Notes: generated from the letters alone by a model not told the origin. Shown: positions 1-14,561, numbered from the stretch's first letter. The stretch: 64,000 nt of DNA from Amphiscolops sp. MND2022 (GCA_964187785.1 OZ076409.1:83392001-83456000); one strand, 5' to 3'. Made by a program: numbers and translations.

Positions 1-1095
1 ACATTTCGAAAAGTTTCAAACTCATCTAATATTTAAAGAATTCAAACTTTTACCGAAATTATTCATTATGTAGTAACTATTTCAAATTTCATCCCCACCC
101 ATATTTATTTGCCCAAAAATCTTTTATTCATACCCATACCGATATTTATTTGCTTTATTTTTAAAGAATAATTAGTAATAATTATTATTTTTCGGTGCTA
201 TCCTATCCAAAAAATTCACAAATATTATCAACAAATCTTTTCAAATTTCAACAAAACCAACTCAAAATCAGATCAAGCACATTGTTCAGATCAAATTTGA
301 ATAATGACAGACCCAAATTCTCAAAGTTTTCAACATTTGTTACATAACAAACCCGCCAAAGTTAATCACAACCTGAAATTTTTTCAAACGTATTTCACGT
401 TCAAAAATTTTTCTTTCTCAACAATATTATTTCCTTGACTCTTTGACCTTTAACTCGTATGATGTTTGCTCACGTTTGTTCAATGCGAAGTTCATTCAAG
501 ACTTCAACAGAAGCATAAAATTGAGCATCTACCAGTTCAAAAAACAAGCCGACGAAAGCATAGTGAAAAAGAACACTTTGACGCTTTTTGAACTGTAGTC
601 GCACCTACGAGGTGTCAATCAAAATTTTGACAATTCGAGGTACACCAATGAGTCGAACTACACCACTTTTAACGAGACTTATGCCAATCATACATCAAAT
701 GAAAAATGTTAACTAGCTGAAACGCTAAGAACATTTAAACAAAAAATTTTTTCTTCATTTCATGATGCTACTTTAGATTTTTATTTAAAAACCGGGATGG
801 ATGTACTGACCTACATTAATAACCAATAGTATTTAGATGTTTATAGAATGTTCAGGAATGTACATTTATTTGTTATTGAATGATTGTAAATCTCTACACC
901 TTCAGAGAGAGAAAACTAATAATCAGTATTCAGTTGACTTCCTTTTTGTTCTACTCCTAACACCTCGGAATAGTTATAATAAAGTAAGCTAGCTAGCCTG
1001 TCTCTCAGCCGCTTTTAGTAGTTGCGTATAAGACCATAAAAACAATAACCAACCATTAAAAGCAGCACATTATATTAGAGCATCTAGATTTTATA

Positions 1096-1630
1096 TTATC
1101 GGAATGCCTTATTTGCATCATGAGCATTGTTTGATGTTATTGTAAAGCTTTCGCTTAGAACATTACAGCCCTGCGTGGTGCCATTGCCTCTAAGAGAGCA
1201 ATGTCCTCCATTCTCAGCAGTCTCCTGACTAGTTGAAATGAGCTGGAGAAGAAATGAAACCGATAGTTGAATTTTGCTAGAATTTTCAGGGTTTTTATAA
1301 TTTCCAATGTGACATTGCACTGGTAGTTTTGCAGTATTTTTACTGTTTTTCTCCATCACAGTAACTGACAACAGGTTCGGGTTAGAACCGTTAGAAAGCC
1401 CTTGAAATGTATTTTCAATTGGAATTGTGTTCATATTCCTATCATCGTTAGCTGAAGAGTTCTCGGAGTTTTTGTCCGGAGTTTCAAAGCTGGAATACGT
1501 TGTAGTAATTTCTGGGGTAAAATTGCATGTAAAGTCTTCTTGCTCAAAATTAACAATTTGGACCCTTTTGCTGGGATCCAGGGACAGTTTGTGCATTGTA
1601 AACGGCAACTGTGGCTGTTGTTGCTGACTT
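1096..1630 (-). CDS. Unassigned Ser/Thr/Asn-rich open frame, possibly the terminal exon of an unknown gene
   Basis: About 178 stop-free codons in AT-rich DNA. The track's ATG (1659) lies inside a repeat fragment, and no domain is recognisable. Confidence 0.25.
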
Positions 1631-1634
1631 TTGA

Positions 1635-1859
1635 AATTTTGGTCGAAATAACGCATCACATTTTTTGTAAGAATTTCTTACCAAAAAAATGCATTTTTTG
1701 CAAAAATGTTATCAGAATCTTGTAAGAAATGTTCGACATTGTAACAAATTTGCAAAGTTTGCGATTCTTGTGCAAACTTGTAAGATTCTTATAAGAAATG
1801 CAAAGTTGACGAGAATTTCGGAAGAATTTTGCAAGATTTGTGATTCTTGTAACCTAGGG
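1635..1859. repeat. Fragment of the 17087-17591 repeat family, reversed
   Basis: AAATTTTGGTCGAAATAACGCATCACATTTTTTGTAA matches the reverse complement of ~17265-17300; ends CCTAGGG|TA. Confidence 0.55.
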
Positions 1860-2199
1860 TAAACGCATACTTTGCTCGGGTACTTTTAAAAAAAACTGAA
1901 CTACAACACAACTACACAAAAAAAACGATTTTCTATCTACTACAAAAACCTCCAAAAATTGTAACTAATTGCAATAAAAAGCCGATAGTTGCCAGCAAAG
2001 AAAAAGTAAGTTCAATTACCCTGTTCCGAATAAGCGGCTCCTATGCACTTTCCAGAAACTTCTTATAGCAAGCTTCAATAATACAATAATTACAAAAAAA
2101 GTGGTAAAAAATGGTTTGCCTAAAGTTGTCAAGATGACCAGTGTCTAGTCTAAGCTAAAGACGGAGATATTACTTACAACTCATAACTCAACAATTTCA

Positions 2200-2633
2200 G
2201 TTGCATGAAACAGTCGCGAAGTGAAAATTTTGACACAGGAACTTTGGCTCGAATAATTGATTGTTTCTCCAGACCTGTATGCTCAGTCGAAGTTGCCGCG
2301 AAGTTTTACAGGCACCTTCAAAAAATGCCTGCTATTTTTTATAAAAAAAAACGTGGAAAATTCAGGGACCATGCATGGAAACATGGTAAAATTGACGAAG
2401 GTCTCAGCTGCTTTCAAAATTAGAACGACGTCTTTATGAAACCTGCAAAACTTCGCGGCTCAGAATTGCCGTCAAATTTAGGATGCATCTCATAGGCAGC
2501 TTGATAAATTTAAATTGCATCAGTGAAGTTTTAATGCATGAGAGAGGTTTCCTTGAGAGTTTTATAAAATCATGAAAAATTAGCTTGGTAACCTACAAAA
2601 TTTAGTAAAAAGTTCAAGCAGTTCCAACCAGGG
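2200..2633. mobile_element. Partial inverted copy of the 6679-7206 MITE
   Basis: Ends AAAAGTTCAAGCAGTTCCAACCAGGG|TA; the interior aligns in reverse with 6679-6905 and 7095-7180. Confidence 0.72.
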
Positions 2634-4659
2634 TAGTCAAAATACCTGTTGTCGAACATTGTAGATCTTCCTACCCATAAAAGTAAGCAAGGTTACACAA
2701 AGGTGTCAATTCTAAGATGTCTCTGCAATTTTCCAGGCATTTTGATGAATTTTTTGTTCATTAAACTTCGGACCTCACTCTTTTAAAAAGTATGCTAACT
2801 AGTTACTTCTTTTGTTTTACATTCCATTGCAAAATGAAACCCACCAAAACATCAAGAAGTTGAATAAAAATCAATTGAATGTATCAAGAATTGAAAAAAT
2901 ATATTTTCCTCTTGTTCGGGCATTTGAACTTTTTGTAGATTGGAGCTTCAAATCTCTCATTCAAAAGATATCGTATACACGAGAATCTTTCATCATTGAA
3001 CTCATCTTGTTGAAGTCTATACCTAAAAAATCGAAAAATTCACTTTTACTAGAAAAGGTCGAGGCTTGAAGAAATTTCATTTTTTGGAGCATCAGTCATT
3101 TTTGGAACAAAAATTTTACATTTGGAAAACGTGGGTAGCTGATTCCTCGTTGAACTCTGTGAATGTGCTAACTCACAGACGCATTCAAAAAATATGCAAA
3201 GCTTCCAGAAATTCGTGAAATTTGGGAATATTGAAATAGTAGGCATTTTTCTTAATAAAAACTCATAATCTTAAAAGTACATATCCTAAGAGACTCCATC
3301 GAGTGAATGTAAATATTAAATAAGTATAGTTTGGAATAAAACAGTGGTTTAGTCAGTAATTTCTTTATTTAAGGAAGGTCTTAGAATTTTGAAATGTGTT
3401 TCATGGATCGAAAAATCAATTGCAGGAATCTTTCGTTTTCGTTGCAGGCAAGTTAATTAACCGTTTGGGTTCTCTTGAATAACTTCTTGTATTCTAAAAC
3501 ATGAGCTTTTTTTGACAAGTTTCTGTCAAACTGTGCGACTGATTAGAGTTTTTTTCAGTTTTTGTTCTCGAGTATATGGAGAAGAGCTACGTCTACAATT
3601 GGCTCTATAAGACCTTTTAACAAAAATTCTTTCATTCGGATTTTCCGATAACTTTTACTCAAGAAAAAGTCTTTTCCACTCTGCAAAGTCCCCCTTCAAA
3701 ATTTAGGTAGCAACAAACCCTAATTAGGGTCGAGCTACACTAACTTTTTAAAATGAACTATAAGAAAACCAATTTCGATTAATTATTATTAAAGATAACA
3801 AAGCGCTCGATCCGAATAATCCCTCTTTATTTTGCAAGGCAGGAGTAAAGTGGGGTTGATTTTTTTTTAATTTCAACGTTTTGTTCCTATATAAATTTAA
3901 CTTCAATAAAATTACTTTGTGACAAAATGTAATTAGCGACAAAAACGCTTGTCCAAGTAATATTTCTTTCCCGAATTCAGTGCTGTAAAAGATAAAAGGT
4001 TAGGAGGAAGGATACTTTTTTAAAGTTGCCCTTCAGGACATTTCAAAGAATTATGCGTGAGTTAAAGTTTAGATCATTAGAGGTGTTTCATTTCAGACTT
4101 TTTCGTTGCTTTTATGTTTTCATACAATTGAACTTTGAAATTGTAGAAATTTATTTAAAGGCAACTTGTAATAGGACACTAAGAATATCGCCTCGAGCTT
4201 CGCGTGTTACCCATATTGTCGAGTTTTTTGAGACTTCGAGCTTAGCGAGAATACTCCATTATAGATCCATATTCACCAGCATTTGGGTTTTTTTTCCGCG
4301 TGACACACCTTCTGCATTTGTAATTATCAGAGCCTTTTTCCAGGAACCCATTTCATCCAAGATCATCTCTGTTCCTTCTAACTTTACCGCAATTGAATGC
4401 TCTGTCTAACGATGTTAAACTTTTGAAAATTTTTGCGCCTTCGTGGATTTATCAACTTCGAAAGCGAAAACTAATAAGGTTCTCGTCAATTTTCCCTAAT
4501 ATCACTATCAGCAACACTTGAAACTGACCCAAAATGGGAACTTTTCTCAAGTTTTCATCCAAAATAGTAACTTATGAAGTTTTCGTTATTATACCGAGTA
4601 ATAAGCGATCACTTTTTGAAATTTTCATATGACTTTCCTGAGGTATTTTTTGGAATTTT

Positions 4660-5490
4660 CCTGACATGTACCTAAGTTTCAAGCTTGCCAGGCAAATTTC
4701 TCGAAACCGAGAATAGATATGGGTTTCATGTTTTTGCTAAAACGTGCCCCAGAACCTAGGCTACCTTTCAAAAAGTTCAAGTTCGTGGTTTTTTTGCGAA
4801 GATTCGAAACATTTTCGAGTATTTCTCATATTTGATCTCCTATATCTCAAAAACTGAGATCTAATACGGAGTCCATAATTCCGTAAATTATACGAGGGTT
4901 TTGAAGGCTACATTTTAGTCTAAGTCCGACGTCAAAAATTTTTCAATTTCTTGTTTGCTTTGGCAAAAAAGGATGAAAAATGGCGCCTTCCTTTTCTGCC
5001 AAAAATACTTGATTTTTTCATTTTTTTCTCAGTTCTTTTATCCTTAGGCTCCTTTATCTCAAAACCGAGACGAAATACAGAGTCCATGATTTTGTAAATT
5101 GTTCAAGGGTTCCCTAGGCTATAGTTTAGCCTAAAAGTGACGTCAAAATTTTTTTCATTCCGTGTTTTTTGGGCAAAAAAGGGATGAAAAAATATCTGGA
5201 ATTTTCACAAATTCTAACTCATATTTCTCAGAACTGAGTTCTGGGTAAGGAAACCATTCTCTCTTAAAACCTACTGCAAGGATGTAGGCTTTTTTACCAC
5301 CAAAATTTTCGTCGTGAAGTATGACGCTTTCGTGTGTCTGCCAATAATTTTTTTCATTTTTTAAATTCTTTCATCAAAAAGTCATGACCTGAGACTAGAC
5401 AACTTCAAATAGTTTTGGGCCCTGGAATGTACACAAATCGTAGCACCTTCCACAGACCAATGAACGTTTCTGCTCGAAGCCAAGCGCCTA
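4660..5490 (+). repeat. Interspersed repeat built of ~190-bp diverged subunits
   Basis: Recurring CTCAAAACTGAG..AATAC(A/G)GAGTCCAT..GGCTACATTTTAG blocks; colinear with ~23260-23910. Confidence 0.7.
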
Positions 5491-6519
5491 TGTTTTAATA
5501 TGCTTTAATATGGTGCAAACTCTACAGCGGAATGTTGCAAGGGCTACCTTGCTTGGATACAGTTATAAACCTCGAGTTACGAATGTAATTTTTTCCTTTA
5601 GTTACTGAGCTTCTTGCGGTTCAAGGCAATAAATTATAATTAAAATCTCAAGTTATCTCATATTGGAAACTAATTGTCTCAATGGAATTGTAGAGATTGC
5701 ACTTAGTTTCTGAAGTCCTCTTGAGTTGATAGTTTTGTTTGAACAGTGTTTTCTGGCTTTTTTTCTGGATTCTCAGTACAAAGTTTCATTAAAAAACTAT
5801 GGCGAAAATACCAAATTGAGAGCATGGTCAAGAAACGAGAAATCGGTTATTACCAAAGAAAAGTCAAACCAAATATATCAAGTAGACCTAAATTTTTGTG
5901 CGAATACTATATTTGCAGATACCTATTGAGGTATAGATGAGAAAACATTCAATGTTTTCAAGACAGAAATGCTCCTTGTGTAGCATTTTTCGGGGATCAG
6001 GTGAAGCAAAAAAATTCTGATTCCGAAGTTTGAGTGTTTTAGGCTGCTTCTGAGGGAATTCTCACATGGCTAAAAACTCCTGGTAAAACAAAATCTGTAT
6101 CGTTTCCTCTACTTTGTCGGTGCGATATATGGATTTTGTGACACTATAAGAATTATAAGAAGTATAAGACGTACAGTGACACTATAGTATGCCGGTATAC
6201 CGGTACGAGATCCTGAGGCAAAAATCGTTCAGCATGTTTGGGGAAAAGAAATCTACAATGCAACTAGACGACGCGTCTCATCACGGCAGAAGCCTCTTGC
6301 ATTGCAATGCCATTTTTCGACAGAATCTTTGCCTCAAACATGAAACTTGAATCTTTGCTGAAAAAAAAACAGATGTTTTGAAAGAATTCAAGATAACAAG
6401 AAAGATATTTACTAACTTCGGATAACTACTAACCACGTTATAGTTCGGATATAACGTCAAGAGTTCGGATATAGGGCTTTATTCCGGATATTACGAGGAG
6501 AAACTTCAATGAAATCGAA

Positions 6520-7281
6520 GGGCGACCTTATGGAGACAAAAAAATCGAAAAACAAGACGCACAGTCCCGAAAAACATTGAAAGGGGGCCCTATAGTCTCT
6601 AACTTACAAGCGTTTACGCTTGCCGGTCCTGTAGTTTAGTAGTCATATAAAAGTGACCACTACGCATGCATTCTGTTACCCTGGTTGGAACTGCTTGAAC
6701 TTTTTAACTGTTTTGTTACCAAGCTAATTTTCCATGAGTTTATAAATTATCAAAGAAACGTCCATTCATTAAAACTTCACTGATTCTACGTAAATTTCTG
6801 CGCCTTCACTGATTCCAATTCTGCGCCGCAAAGGTTGCCGATTTCATTAAGACGCCGTTCTAATTTTTAAAGCAGCTGAGACCTTCATCAATTTTACCGT
6901 GCTTTCAACGCAAAGAAACTTTAGTCATATTATAATTTCAAAGTAGCATCGTATTCAGTGTGCTATTTCACTAACGGTGATTACATAAAGTACCTACTGG
7001 CGAAACTTACGCGTGAAAACAAAAAGATCGCGGCAGTGAAGACGCGGACATATTTTCAGATTCCTTTAATTCAAATAATGGAGGCTGCATTGTAATCCTT
7101 CAAAATGTTTTTATGCTGGCTTCCTGAATTTTCCAGGCTTTGTCAAAAAACCCAGCCTACATGTTTCCATGCAACATATAAAAAGTTCAAGCAATTTCGA
7201 CTAGGGAATCCGACAAAACAAAAAAGAAAGTGCCACTGTATTAGTCGAGCTCACTTTCTACTAAAATGTACCGACTAAAAA
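6520..7281 (-). mobile_element. Degenerate family-A HINE-like copy interrupted by a MITE
   Basis: 7217-7281 resembles the reverse complement of the family-A 5' end; 6520-6600 carries the reversed subrepeat; the 3' hairpin is not recognisable. Confidence 0.5.
6679..7206. mobile_element. MITE with ~26-bp TIRs (CCCTGGTTGGAACTGCTTGAACTTTT)
   Basis: Imperfect TIR pair, TA on the left flank; a related inverted copy lies at ~2200-2633. Confidence 0.75.
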
Positions 7282-9522
7282 GAAGTATAATAAAGAAACA
7301 TTTGTCAAAATGAACAACAAAAATAGTAATAACAATACAGACAATGAAAATAGTAACAAAAGAAAAGTTATATCATTAATAATAAAAACAGAAATGATGA
7401 AAAACAAAAATTTCATTTTTATCAATATTTAGTTTTTAAAACAAGAAGCGCTGTGTCAATGCAGTTTTATTGTACATTCTAGCAAGACGCAAAAGGGCAA
7501 TGAACGAAATGATGGTGCTAGTTGACACGAACTATTTGTTGATGTTTAACCTTCCAAGTTCAACATGTCGAAAGTATCGAAAAATATCGAATATCTCACA
7601 CCTCTTTTCGAATTTGAGGTGAATCGGAATTTCATGATTATTGCATTTAACTATTGCATTTTTAATGATGGCGTGATATGAAATTCCTCCCTAAATATTC
7701 GATTGTAAAGGTCAAGCGAACGCACATCCGCATTCTTCCAGAGTCCGTAAGTTTCATGAAATATCAATTTTACTTTTTGGAGTATAATTACCCTGTGCTT
7801 TCCACAATTTTTCGCAGCGCTCATCCACAGAAATAGCCTTTCGATTAATATTCAAATCAACTTTTTTGTATTTGTCTAAACGAAAGTCTTCACTGCTCAG
7901 CCAAGTCCTAGCCTAATAGATTACAGCATCTTTTACAAAGAAAAAAGCCTAAACATCATTTACGAACCATAATTTTTTCTCGAAAAACGGAAATTCGACA
8001 ATGAACAGACACAAACGCCCGCTCTCGGGAGGACTAACTGTTAATAATGATAAACGGCAAAACCGCGTAAAAAGAACGTAAAACCCAAAGTGGGCACCTT
8101 TGAGTGTAAAACAACAAATCTTTCCCAGAAAAGCGCACAATGCCACAATTACCTAAGAAAAAACTTCTTAGACATAAAGAGTACACATTCCTAACTGAGA
8201 ACACAAACACAACACAACAAAATATTTCAAAAATCCACAGTGCCCAAAATTTCAGAGCAGAGATCATTTTTTTTGTAAACACTTGAAAAATTTAGGGAAC
8301 CAAACAGATCAAAGCAACGTCTTTTGAAGCTTGGCAGGAACCTTTATCAAATAGATTCTGACTAACCTCACGCAACTAGCAAAAGACAAGAATATAGACT
8401 CACAGAACGGATTTCTATAACTGAAAACATCAATAAGATTTGGAATGAATTTCAGGACTGAAAATCGCGAAAAGGGCGTGCTAAGCAAGCAAAATGTTTG
8501 GTGCTTTGTAAATCACCACAAAACGACGGGGGCGCTCTCTTGGAAATTGGATGCATTTCATTCCGTTCTTTTCGTTTTACGGCACTATCCATTTAACTGA
8601 GACATTATCAACGAACTTTTTAAAAAAATCGAGTTTAGTTTAAGAAATGTTTTTCAAAGCCACAGAGTGCTGTTTTGGATACATTTCTGGCATTCTGAAT
8701 TGTATAAGACCTTCATGGTTGCTAATCTTAGTCTATTTATGAGGCTATTCGTTTTTTGAGTCTTAAGTTCGGCGCAAGTTTGTCTTCCTTCTAAAAAAAT
8801 TGTTTTATAAACTTACAAACGCCAATGCGGAAATACGGCACCGAAATTGCTGCCAAGTTGTAAACTGAAGGTCAGCTTAACAATGTCATTTCAGTGAAAC
8901 TAACTCAAGATCACAAAAATCTGGAAGCTCGTCGTTGCTCTTCTCTTTTTTCTTTGTTTTTCCGATCAAATAAAAAGGGTTTTTGACCATACCACTGAGC
9001 TGGCGTTTAAACATTTGCTAAAACCTCATTAATGGTGGGTTGAGATAGATTCGACCAAGATTCTACAGTAACAAGGGGCCTGGCCTATCGTTCTAACTAA
9101 AATAAACCAAAAACTCTGGCACCATAAACTCGGAAAAACAAATCAAAGACATTTCCCTTTGCAAAAGTCTGCTACGTTGCCCAAGTAGCTACTTCAATTT
9201 TTCCTCAACTTTCTGGAAGGAAAGTCATGGCTACGGAAACATTCAAAAACATTGCATAAAAATTACACAACTGCAAAGAAGGCTGTTATTTCTTTCTGAG
9301 CCACTTTTTCAAAGTTTTCAGAAAGAATTTCAGAATGTCGAAATTTTTCGTTGTTGAACTCAGCGGATCTTCATTCCAACGGAACCTTGCGGCGACGATT
9401 CCACAAGAAAATCCTCTACCCTTTCAATTGAAAATTTTTTTCTAATTTTTCGCTCCTTGTTGAGCCTTTTGTGTCACTCTCAAACTAAGAATGTGTGATT
9501 TCACTTTCAAGAATAATGTGCT

Positions 9523-9713
9523 TGTGGTAGATATCAAAGATCGTATACTTATTTGTAAACAATACATGTTAAACCTTAGTCTGAATCTTGTTAACCTTAT
9601 TCACTTTGCGTGACTGCCTATATAGAAAACAGATTGCTTCAAACACTCAATTACCGATTCATCAATACAACATTCAATTCCTCTACATTGTTTTTGCTTG
9701 AGTTCATCGTCAA
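9523..9713 (+). repeat. 5' LTR of element 1 (terminal CA missing)
   Basis: Direct repeat of 14562-14752 starting TGTGGTAG. Confidence 0.93.
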
Positions 9714-9729
9714 TTCAGAAAATTCTTCC

Positions 9730-12700
9730 ATGCACACTTCGTCATTGTCATATTTAGTGGGTCTCCCAGTATTTTGGCACGATGCAGACGAAAACCCAAC
9801 TATGGAATGGGACAAGTGGGTAGATCTTTTTCAAGTTGCCGCAATGGAAAAATATTCGATATCCATCACAGAGCTCACACGTCAGGTGACCGAGCAGAGT
9901 CCCAGGGTTCGAGCTCTTACTGGGGATTTGGACGTAGACCCTGCAAACAAGAAAATTGTTAGTGTACTTTACTTATCGTTGGGAGGCGCAGCGAGAAAAC
10001 AATTCCGAGATAAACTTTCTCACACTACATTATGGGACCTCAAAGCAGGAGAGATGTTAAACTTGTGTACAGAATGCTTCCAGAAAAAGATAAATCGCAC
10101 CCTAGACCGACACCGTTTCTTCTCAAGATATCAACAACCTGGAGAATCACTCCAGTTTTGGCCCGCCTTGAATGGATTGGCAGCACAATGTGACTTGGGC
10201 GAATAAAGACAACTTTGGTGCTAGATATGTTCATTTTGCACATGAACAACAAAAATGTACAAGAAAAACTTTGTACCGAGCCCAAAGAACCGGAACAAGC
10301 CTTTGAGTTCGCCATAGCATTCGAGGAGGGGGTGAAAAGGCAAAAAGCGTACGAGTCTCATTCGAGTGAAATCCCCAAACCAAGCAGAAAAAGCAAAAGC
10401 GAACCTGTATTTGCTGTGGAGAAGTCAAATCCACGGGAATGCTTCAGATGCGGGGAACCAAACTTTACGATGGAGCATGTAAAACTCTGCCATGCTGCTA
10501 ATTATCGCTGTAAATTTGGTAAAATAGTTGGACATACTGAAAAAAGCTGTAATAAAACACCCCCGTCGACAAAAGAAGATGGTGCAAAGGCTGAAGAGCA
10601 GAAACGAACAAGGAATGCGAAAGGTCAACTACATTGAAAACTCTGAAGACGAAGAATCAGACGTAGACGAAAAGCAACTTTTGTTAAAGATCGAAGGGAA
10701 AGGAAGCAAACCCTTTTACATGGAAGGCCTAATGTGCGGAAATTATTTCAAAGCCATAATAGACACGGGACCCCGGTATCTATCTTTACAAAAAAAGATT
10801 TACAAAAAATCGTGGGCGAGCGGAAAGTAGTCATCAGAGAGATGATTGAAAACGATATGTGGAATATAACAAAAACCGCTTGAACTTTTGGGCTACCAAT
10901 TCGTGCGATTAGAAGTGGCAGGAGTAACCGTGTCTAAGGCGAGAGTCTTAGTGGCGCCGAATTCAGGAATGTCAACAGTAGGCCGCGATTGGCTAGTTGC
11001 TCTCCGCTACAGAATTAACCAACCAATAGAACGAAGTGAGTGTGAAAGAATTGATAAAATTGTAAATTGCGTCCATCCCGTAGATGAAGTCAAAAACGTA
11101 AATCGCGTCAACTCAGTAAATGAGGCGGAAAGTGAGAGACAATTAAACCCCGAGATAAAGCAATTAATGGGGGATTTTCCGAAACATTTTACCAGAAAAG
11201 GCCGTGTGAAAAACTACGAAATCAAAATAAAAATGAAGGACAATGCAAGAATTTCTCAGCAAAAAGGACGCCGAGTCCCTATTCGATTACAGAATCAAGT
11301 AGACGCCGAAATTATTGAATTACTAAAGGAGGGGCATATTGAGAGAGTTGAAAAGATTCGCGACGATGTATTTATTCAACCAACTGTTGATAATTGTCAA
11401 AAAAGATGAATCTGTGAAAATAGCGTTGGACGCGAGAGCGCTAAATGAGTCTATAGCTGAAGACAAATATTAAATGCCGAATTTAGATAATTCAATTGAC
11501 CTAATTGCTGAGAAATTAGATGAAAAGAAAACAGGCGAGGCATGGTACTCATCAGTAGACATGACCTACGCGTACGGCCAAGTACCCCTACACGAATTGA
11601 CGAAAAGACATTGTAACTTTCAAATCATTGGTGGAAAATCCACCGGAACATTCCGCTTCACGACAGGCTACTATGGCTTGACCATAATGCCCATAGAATT
11701 CCAAAAAGTGATGGACCTCACGCTAGCGAATATAAATAGTGTATTTGTGTATATAGACGACATTCTAATAGTAACCAAGGGAACAAAGCTTGAACAGATA
11801 AATAAAGTGAGGGAAGTCATGAAAATACTTGAAGCGAATTTGCAGTTGAAAGCTGAAAAATGCGTAATTGCCAGGACAAGCATAGAATGGCTGGGGTACA
11901 AATTATCAAGAACTGGCATATCTCCCATTAACACCAAAGCCCAGGGAATAAGCAGCAGACTGAGGCCAACAAATTTAAAACAATTACGCTCATTTCTGGG
12001 CGCCGTCAATCAATTTAACAATTTCATCCCCAATTTAGCAACAATTAGCTATCCATTTAGATCAATACTGAAAAAGGACGCGGAGTGGAATTGGCAAAAA
12101 GAACATAAAAAAGTATTTTTTAAAATTAACCAAGAAATAAGTAAAACAGCAGAACTGTCACATTTTAAACGAGACAAAGAAATCAGAATAATTAGCGACG
12201 TCAGCAAACAAGGCCTAGACACAGTTTTACAACAAATTCAAGAAAATGGTGAATGGCTACCAATTTGCTTTGCGTCAAGATTTTTAACAGATGTCGAAGC
12301 CAAATATTCAATAAATGAATTAGAATTATTAGCCATTGTATGGGCCATTGAAAAGTTTAAAAATTATGTATATGGTGTACAGCTCAAAGTAGTATCAGAT
12401 CACAAAGCCCTTAGTTCAGTTTTGAAACCCAATCGAGTGAATAGGACGTTTTCAAGCAGGCTAACGAGATGGGTAGATAGACTTTTAACATTTCAGTTTG
12501 AAGTAGTACATGCCGCAGGAAGAACATTAGGAATGGCAGACTACCTATCCAGACATCCTTCTGAAATGCAAGGGGCAACGGTAAAAGCTGAAACCCTCTG
12601 GAATGAATGGTTCACTGTAAATAGCGTAATTAGTTTGAATGATGTTTTAGAAGCCAACGCGACGTTCAGCGAGAATAGAGCGAATGATGAAAGCGAGTGG

Positions 12701-14356
12701 AATAGCATTTACCGCGTAATCGATGCGAAGAATTCTCAGCCAATCAGAAAGCAGGACAAACGTGATTTGAGGCAACAAAGTAAGATTCACTGCAGCCAAA
12801 GTGATAAACGTGTTAAAGTCGCGAAAAAGAGTCAAAATTCAGCAATCATGCTTTTAAATGAAAAAAGATGTTACCAGCGAACTACGCGGCGGATAAAACT
12901 ATCCAAAGAGTATTCGCAATTATAAAAAAAATTCAATAAAACTGCGGTAAAGTGACTCCCCCCTCCATCGCGGGAAAAGTTTCAATCGTTTTCCCTTGAT
13001 AGTCGTGACTTCCATTACATGGACAGTAGACTAGTGATTCCTCAATCAATGAGACAAATGATTATGTGCTCGTTACATTACGGTCATCCCGGGTTTATCG
13101 GGAGTTCATCGGGAGGTCATCGATCAATCCCGCTTATGTGAAAATTGTCTCCAAGCAGGTAAGAATTTAAAATGTGTCATAAGTCAAACGGCGAAAGGAA
13201 AAATCCCGGTAGCTAAGGAACAAAACGAAGAAATAGCGTTTGATTTTGCGGGCCCATTTCAAAACGCAAAGGAAGGGAAAAAGTATTTGTTGGTCTCCAT
13301 CGACCATTTCTCAGGATGGCCGGATGCAAAATTTTTACATAAACCCACAACCAAAAGTTTTAGAGTTTTTAAAACAGTACATAGCGCAATACGGAGTGCC
13401 CTAAAAGATAAGGATAACAGACCCAGGTACAGTATTCGTGAGTGAAGCGTTCAAAAAAGTTCTGTAATCAATTTTGCATTGAGCATATGACCTGTCCAGT
13501 ACGCGACCACAAAGGAAAGGGAGAAATTGAACGACTGATAAGGACAATCAACGAACGCTTACGCGCGAATAAACAAATAATACTAACGAAGGACCAATCA
13601 GGCTTGTCGGAAATACTATACGCACTGCGCATAAGTAAGCAAAAAGACGGTAAATCACCATTCGAAAAACAACTGGGTAGAGAACCGAATACAGTGAAAT
13701 CAAGTGCAGTGAGCAAATCTCTAGACATTTCAGAACAAAACAACAGCCTGGAATTCAGCAAACAGACTTCCAAGATGATCTGGACTCGACAGTCTTGGTG
13801 AGGGAGAAGTCCCGCGGATCCAAGCTGGAAGGCGCAATCGAGCGAAAAACAGGACGTGTTCTAAAAGAATCAGAACACACTATTACAATTCTGCCCGAGG
13901 CATCAAAGAAAGAGAAGATGTACTCAAAACGCGACATCGCAAAGCTGTCAAAAAACAGAGAAAAATCATCGGCACCCAGAAAAGAAAACGCGTCAAACTG
14001 GATACATCAAGCACAATGACGAAAAGCTGACAAAAGAAGCAAACACGAAAAAGAAGACAAACAAGAAAACCCAAGAAATTGCGTTCGACCTTGAGAACGA
14101 ACAGCGCCCAGTAATAACCGACATCGCAACTAGCTGCACAGATGGGGGTGATGAGTCAACAAAAAGTTTTGCAGTAAAAACCGAAAATGACAAAGAACAG
14201 AAAAATGAAGAAGCCACGGGGAATAGCACAAACCCCATCAATGCAACAATCCGATGCGAAGTGGAGAAGGCAGGACTAGCCAGAGTACTGGATAGGAAGC
14301 GCGTCCCAACAAAGAGATACGGGATCGATTTGATCTCAAAAGCAATAGTAGAATAA
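9730..14356 (+). pseudogene. Disrupted gag-pol of Gypsy element 1
   Basis: CCHC knuckles (CFRCGEPNFTMEHVKLC), protease IIDTG (~10757), RT YIDD (~11750), RNase H (YSINELELLAIVWA) and integrase fragments (~13100-13700); several stops and frameshifts. Confidence 0.92.
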
Positions 14357-14561
14357 AAGAGAAAAACTACAAACTACAAACTACCAGCAGAAATTTTAGT
14401 GGTACCAAAACATTCGTAACTGTGTTGTATATGTGCGAACATTTGTGCTTAACATTTGTGTATGTGCGAAACAAGTGTAACATTCATTACCATTTACATT
14501 TGTACTTATTAAACATTAAAACTTGAGGAAAGAATTTGTAAAAACCCGTAAAAAGGGGGAA

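Noticed and set aside
2800..4450. Short ORFs and coding-like stretches
   Set aside because: The frames are short or broken by stops and have no recognisable motif. They are probably decayed transposon DNA but cannot be classified by eye.
11671..14241. Minus-strand ORFs within Gypsy element 1 (and the equivalents in elements 2 and 3)
   Set aside because: Antisense shadows of gag-pol with no independent evidence; no env-like ORF was recognised.
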